Assembly (NCBI GenBank): GCA_934757825.1
Contig: CAKVLP010000001.1
Location: forward strand, 183,267-247,266
Length of the DNA stretch: 64,000 nt
Direction of reading: 5' to 3'
From: an uncultured Clostridia bacterium
GTDB lineage: Bacteria > Bacillota > Clostridia > Christensenellales > UBA1242
Positions 37,323-48,011 of this stretch are shown in pieces. How positions within the stretch are numbered: the first letter of the stretch is position 1; every line of letters begins with the position of its first letter. A program made the position numbers and the translations under genes. The notes beneath the pieces were generated by a model. It was given only the letters and a program-made list of their open reading frames with translations. It was not told where the DNA came from and ran no database searches.

Positions 37323-40300
37323 TTAAAATTTAAGATTAAGTGTAGGAATATTGTTATCATTAACAGCCCAAAGACCTGTGTTTAGGAATCCCCAGTTAGA
37401 CGCTTTCTTCATATCTTTAGCATTAAGTGCTCTTGACCAGAATACTCCACAGAAGGTTTGATCTTCCGCACCAGACATAGATTGACAGTGATAATCTACA
37501 ACAAATCCGCACTGACGTTTGTTGATGTCAGGTTGTCTATGGATTGTAGTAGTAGCGGATGTTGTATAACTCTTTCCACTTGTAAATTTCGAAAGTGCAA
37601 CAACATAGCGAATTACACCACCTTGTTTTTCCTTTCTATTATACTGTGACGAAGTAACTATACCTGAGTTTTCAGAACCACACATTGTAGCGCTAATGTA
37701 CATATTTCTAGCAACACCACCATCGTGGTCACAGATAGCACCAGCAGTATATTTTCCACCAAGTGTTGTGTTTGTGATTTCAAACATAGTAATGTTTACA
37801 ACATCATCTTTGCCGGCCTTAATATCGCGAACTGTTGTTCTTTCTTCGTATGTAATTCCTTTGAAGAAATTACCTATTTGCTCCCAAACTCCACTACCGT
37901 CGTCAGCGTTAATTGTGTACTCATACGTAACGTTAAGAGTAGCAACCGCGCCACCAACTTTATAACCGCTTAGGCTAGAATCTGTAACTCTGACTTCCTC
38001 AATACGTTTTGTGTTGCTATCAAACAATGCTTGACCAGCGATACCACCTACGAAGTTGCCTTCGCTAGTAGAAGCAGTGATATTTACCATAACCCAAACT
38101 TTCCTGATTGGACCAGATGTATAACCAGCAGCACCACCAATACTTACGTTGCCTTTCTTTTCGTTTGTAACAGCAGTAAATTGTTTCTCTGGTGTGCCAA
38201 TTTTTACATAAGAAATTGTGCCTTCATTGTAACCAGTTACGCCACCAACATAAAGTTTTGAAAAATCAACTTCTGGGGTTACGCTAACATTTTGTAATTT
38301 AATGTAGTCATCGTTACCTGTAATGATAGCGTCTTTTCCATTGTGACCAGCAACGCCACCAAGCTTAATATTGTCAGAAGTTCCCACAATGGAAACATTG
38401 TTGATGTCACCACTTATAGACTTTGAAATATGATATGTTTTATCTGAGAAAAAGCCTAAAATTCTACCATTGTTGTAACCAGCAACTGCACCACCTGCAA
38501 CTTTTGCCTTTACAACACATTTTTGCCCGCCACCAATCTCAAAGTTAAGAATTGTACCATCGTTGTATCCAGCGATAATACCAGCGTACTCGCCTTCAAC
38601 TTGTGCATTCTCCACTTTAACACCTTCGATAACTGCGTTCTCTCCAACGTAGCCGAAGATACCAGCATATTTGTGGGTGCCACTTACAACGATGTTTTTG
38701 AATACACCATTTAGAACGTAAAGTTTTCCTTCAAAATGTTTCTCCTCAGTTCCGATAGGCTCCCAAGGAATATTTTGGAAATCAATGTCGCCGTCAACAA
38801 GAATAACTTTATCCAAATCAGTAAGGGCATCTTTTAATTCTTGTGCGTTTGTGATTTTCTTAATTTCGCCATTGTTTGAATCAAGAGAAGGTAAAACGTT
38901 TTGTTCTGCCATATTTAGAACAGGATAGCCACTATTTTCGCCAACTCTGATTTCCCAAACGTTGGTGTTCCAGTAGTATATTGTGCCATCTTTCTCAATA
39001 AGTTTGTATCCGTCGCCATCTTTAACATATTCTTTTGTGCCAACCATAGCCGACTTTAACGAACTTAGGTCTTTAAGGTTTCCGCCATTTCCTTCTGTCT
39101 CAGTAGAAAGCATTGCTTCAAATTTTCGGCTTGTCTCTGTACCAGTATTACCAGTCCTATTTGCAACACCGCCAATTCCTTCAACAGTAGAAATGTAATA
39201 GTTACCAGAAATTACGTTAAGAGCATTTTCAGCAGTTGTGTCAATTGTTTGACCAATAACATAACCTACTTTATTGTCAATTTTGTTTGTAATATTAACA
39301 TTTGTATAGCATTCTTGGATAGAAGCACCAAGACTCTTTGTGTAGTTTTTGTTTATGCCGTCAGAATCTATTTTGGCAAATTTGTTTTCACCAACAAGTC
39401 CGCCAACCAATGTGATTTTTTCAGCAGCACTTGTGTCGATTTTACCTGTGGCATAACTAAAATATACTCTGCCACCATAGTTTTTACCAGCAACACCACC
39501 GAAAGTACCTTGAACAGACTCGCTACTTACGCCTTTATCAAGTTTGCCACCAGCGGTTACGCTTGCACTAACTCTGTCAAGTTTTGCAATTGTCTGAGTT
39601 CTGCCGTTGTTAACAGAAAGGTTTGCGCCAACAACACCACCGACAACCGCGTTAGGGTTGGTGCTAACAATGTTTGCTTTTTTTACTTCTACTCTCTCAA
39701 CAGTACCATAGTTTTCACCAGCAACTGTACCAGCATTAACTGCTGTGTTGCCAGAAACCAACATAGTTACGCCATCAAATTTAACATTGTAAACTTTTGC
39801 TGTGCTAGAAAGTTTTGAGAACAATCCCGTACTCTGAGTAGTAGCAGAAAGTTTCAAGTTTTCAATTGTATAACCCTTACCGTCAAGTCTGCCATTGAAT
39901 GGAGTTACTGTGTTGTTAACAAAACCAATAGGTGCCCAAGATGCATTAGTATTTAGGTCAATCATTTTACCAATATCAATATTGTTTGTAAGTTCATAAC
40001 AAGCATTGATAGAATACAAATCGGTTTTGCCGATGTTTGCAAGGTCTTGTGGAGTACTAATTCTAAATGGATAAGACTGCGAACCATCGCAAACGATAAC
40101 GTCGCAACTTACGTTTCTAAACTTTGCGTTGTTTGTCTTAAACACGATTTTAGCAACACCACCTTGAAGTGCTTTAAACTCACCAACTGCGGTTTTGCCA
40201 ACGATTTTGATATCTTTATTTGTTACTTCAATAACCTTTTCGTCGGTGCTATAAACTTCAACTTTTGTGTAAGAATTTGGATCTTCTAGATCAAGACCAA

Positions 40301-40442
40301 GTTCAAACTTTTCGTTAACGTTTTTGTATAGAGACGCGGTCTTTAATGAGATAACCTCGTTATCTCGCACAAGATAGAACACGCCGAACCCCAACGAAAC
40401 TGCTACGATAATTACTAAAACAGTTGTTAAAAATTTTTTCAT
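37323..40442 (-). CDS. large membrane-anchored surface protein with GLUG-type repeats
   Basis: N-terminal TM LTTVLVIIVAVSLGFGVFYLV. An Ig-like segment follows, then more than 8 copies of GG[VAL][VA]G.N.G.I (VGGVVGANLS, FGGVAGKNYGGRV, VGGLVGENKF, AGIIAGYNDGTI, AGGAVAGYNNGRI, LGGVAGHNGKDAI, VGGVTGYNEGTI, IGGAAGYTSGPI, VGGIAGQALF). Confidence 0.75.
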   Translation of the reverse strand: MKKFLTTVLVIIVAVSLGFGVFYLVRDNEVISLKTASLYKNVNEKFELGLDLEDPNSYTKVEVYSTDEKVIEVTNKDIKIVGKTAVGEFKALQGGVAKIVFKTNNAKFRNVSCDVIVCDGSQSYPFRISTPQDLANIGKTDLYSINACYELTNNIDIGKMIDLNTNASWAPIGFVNNTVTPFNGRLDGKGYTIENLKLSATTQSTGLFSKLSSTAKVYNVKFDGVTMLVSGNTAVNAGTVAGENYGTVERVEVKKANIVSTNPNAVVGGVVGANLSVNNGRTQTIAKLDRVSASVTAGGKLDKGVSSESVQGTFGGVAGKNYGGRVYFSYATGKIDTSAAEKITLVGGLVGENKFAKIDSDGINKNYTKSLGASIQECYTNVNITNKIDNKVGYVIGQTIDTTAENALNVISGNYYISTVEGIGGVANRTGNTGTETSRKFEAMLSTETEGNGGNLKDLSSLKSAMVGTKEYVKDGDGYKLIEKDGTIYYWNTNVWEIRVGENSGYPVLNMAEQNVLPSLDSNNGEIKKITNAQELKDALTDLDKVILVDGDIDFQNIPWEPIGTEEKHFEGKLYVLNGVFKNIVVSGTHKYAGIFGYVGENAVIEGVKVENAQVEGEYAGIIAGYNDGTILNFEIGGGQKCVVKAKVAGGAVAGYNNGRILGFFSDKTYHISKSISGDINNVSIVGTSDNIKLGGVAGHNGKDAIITGNDDYIKLQNVSVTPEVDFSKLYVGGVTGYNEGTISYVKIGTPEKQFTAVTNEKKGNVSIGGAAGYTSGPIRKVWVMVNITASTSEGNFVGGIAGQALFDSNTKRIEEVRVTDSSLSGYKVGGAVATLNVTYEYTINADDGSGVWEQIGNFFKGITYEERTTVRDIKAGKDDVVNITMFEITNTTLGGKYTAGAICDHDGGVARNMYISATMCGSENSGIVTSSQYNRKEKQGGVIRYVVALSKFTSGKSYTTSATTTIHRQPDINKRQCGFVVDYHCQSMSGAEDQTFCGVFWSRALNAKDMKKASNWGFLNTGLWAVNDNNIPTLNLKF

Positions 40443-40586
40443 AAGATTTTCAATCCCCCTTTGTTTTTAGGTCGGTCTTTAATTGTTTAATATATTATAT
40501 ATTACTTGCCACCACTTGTCAATACCCAAACCAACTTTTTTAAAGCAAAAAGCAACAGGTAAAACCCGTTGCTTTTAGTATGTGTA

Positions 40587-41933
40587 TTATCGCTCAATTG
40601 TAAGCAAAATTTCCCTTATTCTGTTGTCCTCAACGCACGTGATTTTGAAGTTCATTTTGATAGCGTGTTGCACCAAATTTGCGTTTTCGTCAATCACATC
40701 GTCTATGGTTTCAAATGTAAGTTCTTGCCCTTCATATGGCATACTTTCGGCAAGTTCGAATATAAACCCGCCAATTGTGGAATATTGAGTGTCTGGCAAG
40801 TGCTCAATTTCAAGTTTTTCAAACAAATCCTTAATGTCCATTTCGGCATCAACCTTATACTGATTGTCGGAAATTTTTACAATATCTTCCTTTTCCTCAA
40901 CCTCGTCGTGCTCGTCGTAGATTTCGCCAAACATCTCCTCAATTGCGTCCTCTAATGTTATAATTCCGCTGGTTCCGCCGTGCTCGTCGGCAATTACCGC
41001 CATATGCTTTTTCTCTTTTTGCATTTTCCTAATCACATCGTCAAGTTTCATATTTTCATTTAAAAACATTGGCTTAACCATAATTTTTTGAACGTCAACT
41101 TTGTCTTTTCTAAGGAGTGCTGTAAAGAAATCCTTTTGGCTCAAAATGCCCACAATGTGGTCAACGTCCTCCGAATAAACTGGCATTCTGGAATACTGGG
41201 TATCAATAAAGACATCTCTAATTTTATCCAAATCGTCGCTCTCGTCTACTGCAATCACGTCAACACGTGGAGTCATAACATCATAAGCGGTCTTTTCGCC
41301 CAAATCAAACACACCTTGGAAAAGTTCGGCGTTTTGCTTGTCGATAACCCCCTCTTCCTGCATTGTATCAATAATACTTTCTAGTTCCGTCTCAGTCACG
41401 GTAGGAAGTTTTTGACCCGATTTTGCCTTTTTAAGCAAGCAATTTTGAAGTTTTTGAAACAAAAACGTTAGCGGTGTCATTACTTTCATTAGGAAAAACA
41501 ACAGATTTGCGTATCGAAGTGCGGTTTTTTCCGGGTTTTGTTTTGCGATACATTTTGGAGTAATCTCCCCGCAAATTAGTACGATAAGCGTCATTCCGAT
41601 TGTGTTTACAAGGTTTGCAAGCGTCGCATTGTATATAATGGTCGAAAGCATATATGCACATAGGGTTGTGCTTGCGATATTAACCAAGTTGTTGCCCACC
41701 AAGATTGTAATAAGCGCCTTTTCATAGTGCTCACATATGTACAGCCCTTTAAGCGCGCCACGCCTTTTTTCTTCGGCGTAGGTCTTCATCCTAAGTATGT
41801 TTATCGATGAAAATGACATCTCTGCACCCGAAAAGAATGCCGAGCATGCTAGTAAAAAAATGATTACAAACGACAAGATAATGTTAACTTGTACTACGTT
41901 TGAATTTGCCCCTAAAAACGGGAGTGGTTCCAC
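40587..41933 (-). CDS. CNNM/HlyC/CorC family transporter (DUF21 + CBS pair + CorC_HlyC)
   Basis: GTG start with AAGGAG-8nt. Four N-terminal TM segments, a CBS-pair region (…VMTPRVDVIAVD…, …MAVIADEHGGTSGIITLEDAIEE…), and a C-terminal transporter-associated domain. Confidence 0.85.
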   Translation of the reverse strand: MEPLPFLGANSNVVQVNIILSFVIIFLLACSAFFSGAEMSFSSINILRMKTYAEEKRRGALKGLYICEHYEKALITILVGNNLVNIASTTLCAYMLSTIIYNATLANLVNTIGMTLIVLICGEITPKCIAKQNPEKTALRYANLLFFLMKVMTPLTFLFQKLQNCLLKKAKSGQKLPTVTETELESIIDTMQEEGVIDKQNAELFQGVFDLGEKTAYDVMTPRVDVIAVDESDDLDKIRDVFIDTQYSRMPVYSEDVDHIVGILSQKDFFTALLRKDKVDVQKIMVKPMFLNENMKLDDVIRKMQKEKKHMAVIADEHGGTSGIITLEDAIEEMFGEIYDEHDEVEEKEDIVKISDNQYKVDAEMDIKDLFEKLEIEHLPDTQYSTIGGFIFELAESMPYEGQELTFETIDDVIDENANLVQHAIKMNFKITCVEDNRIREILLTIER

Positions 41934-42167
41934 GAATTCTGTCTCCTTGAATATTTATAATGATGATTTATAATAACATAAACCTATTAAAAAGTAAAGA
42001 TGTTTTGACAAATTTGCTTTGCGCTTTACGTTGGTGCCCTTAATAAGGTTTTACCCTAAGCAAGGACAAACGCGAGCAAAATATATGACATATCTGCACT
42101 TTTAAGATTTTTATTATCCCCATCGCAAAAATGTTAATCAAAAGTGGGCACTTAATCAAAAACTTTA

Positions 42168-42196
42168 TTTACAAGTCGGTCAAAATAAGTTATAAT
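42168..42196 (+). promoter_or_regulatory. sigma-A promoter for the dnaD-like/dnaI-like operon
   Basis: TTTACA-17nt-TATAAT, 24 nt upstream of the ATG, with a GCAGGAG SD. Confidence 0.65.
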
Positions 42197-42220
42197 AGCA
42201 AAAAATAGCAGGAGATAAAA

Positions 42221-43660
42221 ATGGCTTTTTGTAATTTTTCGGGCGAATTTGTAAAACACAGCACTATCCAAATTGACAGTGATTTTTTTACGCAGTTTTT
42301 GCCATATGTGAGCGACGCTAGCCTAAAAGTGTATATGTTTGGACTATATTGTTGCAACAATTCTAATTCCAAGGACAATTCGCTTAGCAGATTTAGCACA
42401 ATTTTAAACCTTAGCGAAGATGACGTTATAAGTTGTTTTTATGAATGGGAAGAACTTGGCCTTGTCACAATTGTACAAAAAAATCCTTTTGAAGTGCGAT
42501 ATCTTCCTATCTCCAACGGCTCCATCAGGCTTAAAAAACACAACACCAAAAAATACACCGCGTTTAACACTGGGATGCTAGAACTTTTGTCGCGCGACAT
42601 AACTCCGCTTGAATTCGACGAGTACTACTCCACAATTGAGAGTTTGCATATCGAGCCCGACGCGCTACTAATGATTGCAAAATACTGCGTTGACATTAAA
42701 GGAAGCGACGTAGGATATCCATATATCCTAAACGTTGCAAAAAAATGGATTTACGACGGAATAAGAACTTGCGAAGATGTAGAACTAAGACTTAAAGAAC
42801 AAGAGAAAAACACAAGTGGTCTTAACGACATTTTGAAAGTTATGGGAATAAAGCGAAACCCAAGCGCCGACGAATATCAAAGTTATCTAACTTGGGTCAA
42901 CAAACTAGACCTTAGCCAGGAACTTATAACTTTCGTTGCAAGCAAGGTCGGCAAAAAAGGCGGATTTTCAAAACTTGAAAATATGCTAGAAAAATGTTAT
43001 GCCAAAAAACTTTTTAGCATTAAAGAAATAAGTGACTATATGGCAATAGAAGATGATTATTTTGACACAGCCAAAAAAGTCTGCAAAAACTTAGGCGTAT
43101 ACTACTCCAATCTAGAACCCGTTGTGGAAAACTACATCACAAAATGGACAGCAATGGGATTTGATAAGGACACAATTTTAAAACTTTCCAACTACTGCTT
43201 CAAGATATGCATCTACACACTTGACGGAATGAACACAAAAATTGTGGGACTAGCGGACAAAAATCTATTCTCCATATGCGACATCGACAACTCAATTGCC
43301 GAACTTATAAAAAAGGATAGCGAAATCAAAAACATACTTACAAAACTTGGCATTGAGCGAAACGTGATTGCTAGCGACCGTCAGTTATTTAAAATATGGA
43401 CAATCGACTGGCAGATGCCAAGCGATGTGATTGAATATGCCACTACACTTGCTAGCGACAAGTATATGCCAATGCAATATTTACATAGAATACTAAGCCA
43501 ATATCACAGCCAGAATGTAAAGACCGTGGACGATGCTAAAAAGATAAAGTCTTTTGAAACCACAACCCCAAAAACTAGCACCAAAAAAGTGGAAGCCCGC
43601 GACTACTCGCAAAAGGAACTTAATTCGCTATTCGACAACATAACGGAGGTGGAACTATAA
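42221..43660 (+). CDS. DnaD-domain replication initiation / membrane attachment protein (Bacillus DnaB-like)
   Basis: 479 aa. N-terminal …LPYVSDASLKVYMFGLY… and repeated DnaD-like helical modules. It is translationally coupled (ATAATG) to the DnaI-like loader, matching the dnaB-dnaI arrangement. Confidence 0.6.
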   Translation: MAFCNFSGEFVKHSTIQIDSDFFTQFLPYVSDASLKVYMFGLYCCNNSNSKDNSLSRFSTILNLSEDDVISCFYEWEELGLVTIVQKNPFEVRYLPISNGSIRLKKHNTKKYTAFNTGMLELLSRDITPLEFDEYYSTIESLHIEPDALLMIAKYCVDIKGSDVGYPYILNVAKKWIYDGIRTCEDVELRLKEQEKNTSGLNDILKVMGIKRNPSADEYQSYLTWVNKLDLSQELITFVASKVGKKGGFSKLENMLEKCYAKKLFSIKEISDYMAIEDDYFDTAKKVCKNLGVYYSNLEPVVENYITKWTAMGFDKDTILKLSNYCFKICIYTLDGMNTKIVGLADKNLFSICDIDNSIAELIKKDSEIKNILTKLGIERNVIASDRQLFKIWTIDWQMPSDVIEYATTLASDKYMPMQYLHRILSQYHSQNVKTVDDAKKIKSFETTTPKTSTKKVEARDYSQKELNSLFDNITEVEL

Positions 43661-44598
43661 TGGACGCAGTAGAAATTGTACAAGAAAAATTTAGGCAGAA
43701 AAAAATTGACGCCGAATATCAGGCAAACCTAAACAAATTTAAGGTGCTAGAAAATCCAGAATTCAAAGACCTTTACAACACCTGCAAAACCTTATCGCTG
43801 GAAGTAGCAAAAGCAGAATATAGTGGATCCGACGCTAGCAAAATTCGAAGCAAATTTAAAAACACAAAAAAAGAACTTTACTCCCAACTTAAAAAAGCGG
43901 GAGTTGATATCCAAAGCCTTTACCCGAAATACGAGTGTCCAAAATGCAAAGACACTGGAAACATAAACGGCGAATATTGTGAATGTTTTAAAAAGGCATT
44001 ATCACAAGAACTAATTAAGGAAAGTGGACTTTCTGACACAAACCTACCAGATTTTGACAAAATATCGTATGATATTGTTAAAAACAAGCAACAAAAGGAA
44101 AGTTATATTACAATCTGTAAATTACTTAAAGACTATATAAATATAATTCCAAACAACACAAAACATATAGTAACCCTTTCTGGGCAAGTGGGCGTAGGCA
44201 AAACGTATTTACTAAATGCGTGCGTAAACGAAGCAATTAAGCGCAACCTATATTGCGTGTATACCACCGCATTTAACCTAAATCAAGATATGCTAAAATA
44301 TCACAACGCCAGCATAACCAACAAAGAGCAGATTTTAGAAAAATATCTTACTTGCGAACTTCTTTGCATTGACGACCTTGGCACCGAAAACATCTTAAAG
44401 AATGTGACGCTTGAATACTTATATCTAATCATAAACGAAAGACTTATCGCACACAAAAACACAATCATCACAACCAACCTAACACCCGAGCAAATTATGC
44501 AAGTGTACGATGAGAGAATTCTAAGCAGAATAGCAAACAAGCGCGATTGTATACTTATTGGAATGACTGGCGATGACCTAAGATTAAGCGGAAAATAA
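43660..44598 (+). CDS. dnaI: helicase loader, DnaI/DnaC (IstB-like AAA+) family
   Basis: N-terminal Zn-module CPKCKDTGNINGEYCEC, Walker A LSGQVGVGKTYLL, and Walker B LLCIDDLGTE. Confidence 0.75.
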   Translation: MDAVEIVQEKFRQKKIDAEYQANLNKFKVLENPEFKDLYNTCKTLSLEVAKAEYSGSDASKIRSKFKNTKKELYSQLKKAGVDIQSLYPKYECPKCKDTGNINGEYCECFKKALSQELIKESGLSDTNLPDFDKISYDIVKNKQQKESYITICKLLKDYINIIPNNTKHIVTLSGQVGVGKTYLLNACVNEAIKRNLYCVYTTAFNLNQDMLKYHNASITNKEQILEKYLTCELLCIDDLGTENILKNVTLEYLYLIINERLIAHKNTIITTNLTPEQIMQVYDERILSRIANKRDCILIGMTGDDLRLSGK

Positions 44599-44652
44599 AC
44601 GTTTACAACGTAAATGATTCCCACATTAAAATTTAATTATAAAATAGTTAAC

Positions 44653-44687
44653 AAAAAACACCTTATCGAAATGATAAGGTGTTTTTA
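44653..44687. terminator. bidirectional intrinsic terminator
   Basis: acaccttatc-gaaat-gataaggtgt, 10-bp stem, flanked by AAAAAA and TTTTT. Confidence 0.8.
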
Positions 44688-44834
44688 TATTTTTAGCAAT
44701 CGCCATAACCGACAATTATTCTTACAAGTCATATTTAAAGTTCGTCGCAATTTTTAAGTCTGCTTTTTAAACAATACACTTATCGTCACAAAGTCGGCAC
44801 AAACTGTCTAAATCATTAAACATAAAGACAATTA

Positions 44835-46214
44835 TTAGAATTCGCAGTTGTTAGGAGTACGAGGGAATGGAAGGACGTCTCGAATGTTGCCCATACCAGT
44901 AACATACATTATAAATCTATCAAAGCCCATTCCAAAGCCACTGTGTTTTACCGTGCCGTACTTTCTAAGGTTTAGATACCACCAATAATCTTGTTCGTTT
45001 AGACCAAGTTCGTGGATTCTATTTAATAGCACGTCATAACGCTCTTCTCTTTCGCTCGCGCCACATAGTTCGCCACAGCCAGGAACAAGCAAGTCGGTCG
45101 CTTTTACAGTTTTTCCGTCGTCGTTAAGTTTCATATAGAACGCCTTAATTTCTTTTGGATAGTTGTACACAAATACTGGCCCCTTGTAAATTACGTCAGT
45201 TAAATATTTTTCATGTTCAGTCTGGATATCACAACCCCACTCTACTTTGTACTCAAACTTATCGTTGTGTTTTTTAAGGATTTCAATTGCTTCGTCGTAG
45301 GTCACACGTTTAAAATCGCTACTCTCTACGTGTTTTAATTTATCTAGCAATCCTTTTTCAACGAACGAATCAAAGAATTTAAGTTCTTCTGAGCACTTCT
45401 CAAACAAATACTTAATTACGTACTTTATCATACTTTCCATAACGTCCATGTCATCTTCTAGTTCGTAGAATGCCATTTCTGGCTCAATATGCCAAAACTC
45501 ATTTGCATGTTTGATAGTGTTGCTTTTTTCTGCTCTAAATGATGGGCCAAAAGTATAGATATTGCCCATTGAACAAGCAAACGCCTCGCCTTCCAACTGA
45601 CACGATGGGGACAAAAATACTTTTTTACCAAAAAGTTCGTCTTCTGGTTTAAGCTTTTTACCATCATAAATTCCTTGCGTACTTACTCTAAATAGTTCGC
45701 CAGCACCTTCACAGTCGGAAGATGTAAGAATAGGTGCTTGAAGATATACAAATCCTTGTTCGTTAAAGAATTTATGAAGTGCAAAACAAGCCTCACTTCT
45801 CACTCTATACACGGCATTGAACAAGTTTGTACGAGGTCTAAGATATGCTTGTTCTCTCAAAAATTCTAGGCCATGCCCTTTCTTTTGAAGTGGATATGCG
45901 CTATCTGTTGCACCCACAACCTCCACATCGGTTGCGTGAAGTTCGAATGGTTGTTTTGCGTTAGGAGTAACTACAAGTTTTCCCTTGCAAATTACAGACG
46001 AGCCCGCATTTAACTTGGATACCTCGGCATAGTTTTTAAGGTCGGTTGTATTAAGTACAACTTGAAGTCCTTTAAATGATGTGCCGTCGTTAAGATCCAT
46101 AAATCCGAAAGTTTTTAGATCTCTAACCGATCTTACCCAACCGCCAACAGTTATCTGTTTTTCAGAAAGCGCGCTTGGGTCTTTGTAAATTACTCGAATA
46201 TCTGTTTTTTTCAT
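44835..46214 (-). CDS. asnS: asparagine--tRNA ligase
   Basis: …ITVGGWVRSVRDLKTFGFMDLNDGTS… and C-terminal …RDVLPFPRTPNNCEF. AAGGAG-8nt-ATG at 46214. Confidence 0.9.
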   Translation of the reverse strand: MKKTDIRVIYKDPSALSEKQITVGGWVRSVRDLKTFGFMDLNDGTSFKGLQVVLNTTDLKNYAEVSKLNAGSSVICKGKLVVTPNAKQPFELHATDVEVVGATDSAYPLQKKGHGLEFLREQAYLRPRTNLFNAVYRVRSEACFALHKFFNEQGFVYLQAPILTSSDCEGAGELFRVSTQGIYDGKKLKPEDELFGKKVFLSPSCQLEGEAFACSMGNIYTFGPSFRAEKSNTIKHANEFWHIEPEMAFYELEDDMDVMESMIKYVIKYLFEKCSEELKFFDSFVEKGLLDKLKHVESSDFKRVTYDEAIEILKKHNDKFEYKVEWGCDIQTEHEKYLTDVIYKGPVFVYNYPKEIKAFYMKLNDDGKTVKATDLLVPGCGELCGASEREERYDVLLNRIHELGLNEQDYWWYLNLRKYGTVKHSGFGMGFDRFIMYVTGMGNIRDVLPFPRTPNNCEF

Positions 46215-46218
46215 TGTA

Positions 46219-47961
46219 TTACTCCTTTTCAATTAGTTTTAATCCAACATCTTTTAGTTGTTGTTCGGTCACCTTACTAGGTGCACCCATCATTAAGTCT
46301 TTTGCATTTTTGTTTAGTGGGAACGCAATTACGTCTCGGATAAGCTCGTTGTCGGTCATTATCATAAGAAGTCGTTCCAAGCCAAACGCCCCACCAGCAT
46401 GGGGAGGTGCGCCGTATTGGAACGCGTTGTATAGCGCGCCAAACTTTGTCTCAACATCTTCTTTTTTGTATCCCGCCATTTCAAACGCCTTAACCATAAG
46501 GTCGGTCTGGTGATTTCTAACCGCACCACTCAATGTCTCGTAGCCGTTGCAGACAAGGTCGTACTGATATGCCAAAATGTCAAAAGGATTTTTGGTTTCT
46601 AGACTTTCTAGTCCGCCTTGTGGCATACTAAATGGATTGTGTGCAAAATCAACTGCGCCAGTTTCCTCGTTTTCTTCAAAGAATGGGAAGTCGCAAATCC
46701 AACAAAATACAACTTTATTTTTGTCGATTAAGTCAAGTTGTTTGCCAAGTTCTATTCTAAGCACATTAGCAAGTTTGATAGCCATTTTCTTTTCGTCGGC
46801 GATTATGAATATGCTCTCGCCACCTACTAGACCAAATTCCTTAACTAAATCCGCTTTGTTTTCATCGGTCAAGAATTTTACAATGCTTCCGCTAAACTCA
46901 CCGCTGTTGTATTTTAACCAAGCCAAACCTTTGCCCTCATAGGCGACAATTGTTTTGCCTAGGTCATCATAGAAACGGCGTGGTTTTTCGCCAGCGTTTG
47001 CGCAAATTGCTTTGATTGTTTTACCCTTAAATGCGTTAAACTCGGTGTTTTCAAACATTTTGGATAGGTCGTACACAATAAGCGGATTTCTTAGATCTGG
47101 CTTGTCGCTACAATATTTTTCGATTGCTTCTCTATATGGAATTCTTACAAAAGGCGCTTCCATAACATCTTTATCCGTAAACTCTTTAAACAACCCCGTA
47201 ACAAACTCTTCACAATTAGCCATAACATCGTCTTGGGTCGCGAAACTCATTTCAAGGTCGATTTGATAGAATTCTCCTGGGCTACGGTCAGCACGCGCTG
47301 CTTCGTTACGGAAACAAGGCGCAACTTGGAAATATTTATCAAAACCCGAAATCATAAGAAGTTGTTTAAACTGTTGTGGTGCTTGTGGCAAAGCATAAAA
47401 CTCGCCTGGCGCATTTATTGTAGGCACAATATAGTCACGCGCACCCTCTGGGCTAGACGAAGTAAGGATTGGGGTCTGAACTTCCAAAAATCCCATTTCG
47501 GTAAGTTTGTTTCGCACCCAATTTAACACGTTTGCCCTTAGCACAATTGTTTTGTGAGTGTCTGGATTTCGCAAATCTAGATATCTATATTTTAGTCTTA
47601 ATTCTTCCTTAGTATTAGGCGCTTCGGCAATTTCAAATGGCAAAACATTTAGGCTTTTGCCCAAAACATTAAGCGTCTTAACGTCGATTTCAATGTCGCC
47701 TGTTTCCATTTTAGGGTTTTTGCTTTCCCTCTCCAAAACACTTCCCGAAACGCTAACAGTACTTTCTTTTGTAACGCCGTTTAGCAAAGTCTCGTCTCTA
47801 AACACCAACTGTGTTACGCCGAAGTGGTCGCGAAGGGTCACAAATGTAAGACCGCCAAGTTTTCTAATGCTATTCACCCAGCCTGCTAGTCTTACTTCTT
47901 TGCCGACATCTTTAAGTCTTAGTTCTCCACAATTATTTGTTCTGTAAATATTCTCTCTCAT
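46219..47961 (-). CDS. aspS: aspartate--tRNA ligase (bacterial type, 580 aa)
   Basis: …RLAGWVNSIRKLGGLTFVTLRDHFG…, FYALPQAPQQFKQLLM, class II motifs, and a GAD insertion. Confidence 0.95.
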   Translation of the reverse strand: MRENIYRTNNCGELRLKDVGKEVRLAGWVNSIRKLGGLTFVTLRDHFGVTQLVFRDETLLNGVTKESTVSVSGSVLERESKNPKMETGDIEIDVKTLNVLGKSLNVLPFEIAEAPNTKEELRLKYRYLDLRNPDTHKTIVLRANVLNWVRNKLTEMGFLEVQTPILTSSSPEGARDYIVPTINAPGEFYALPQAPQQFKQLLMISGFDKYFQVAPCFRNEAARADRSPGEFYQIDLEMSFATQDDVMANCEEFVTGLFKEFTDKDVMEAPFVRIPYREAIEKYCSDKPDLRNPLIVYDLSKMFENTEFNAFKGKTIKAICANAGEKPRRFYDDLGKTIVAYEGKGLAWLKYNSGEFSGSIVKFLTDENKADLVKEFGLVGGESIFIIADEKKMAIKLANVLRIELGKQLDLIDKNKVVFCWICDFPFFEENEETGAVDFAHNPFSMPQGGLESLETKNPFDILAYQYDLVCNGYETLSGAVRNHQTDLMVKAFEMAGYKKEDVETKFGALYNAFQYGAPPHAGGAFGLERLLMIMTDNELIRDVIAFPLNKNAKDLMMGAPSKVTEQQLKDVGLKLIEKE

Positions 47962-47980
47962 AACCTTTCCCTTTTTTTAA

Positions 47981-48011
47981 TAAAAATACCCTTGATTTTT
48001 TTCAAGGGTAT
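47981..48011 (-). terminator. intrinsic terminator between the SDR gene and aspS
   Basis: Minus RNA: auacccuuga-aaaaaa-ucaaggguau (10 bp) followed by UUUUUAUU. It ends only ~20 nt before the aspS ATG. Confidence 0.6.

Noticed and set aside
37458-40289. Several antisense ORFs within the GLUG gene (for example 39249-39818, 189 aa). Similar long antisense ORFs occur in aspS, prfA, degV, spoIIE and the 527-aa gene.
   Set aside because: These are mirror-frame artefacts of repeat-rich or codon-biased genes. They lack SD sites and have implausible Cys/Phe/Asn-rich compositions.
42000-42160. A slightly GC-richer patch (…gcgctttacgttggtgcccttaataaggttttaccctaagcaaggacaaacgcgagc…) between the divergent CNNM and dnaD-like promoters, which could be a riboswitch or sRNA.
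   Set aside because: I could not build convincing helices on either strand. I recognise no yybP-ykoY or M-box-like conserved strings. The candidate CNNM promoter (TTTACT-17-TATTAT) lies downstream of the patch, so it would not be in that leader.
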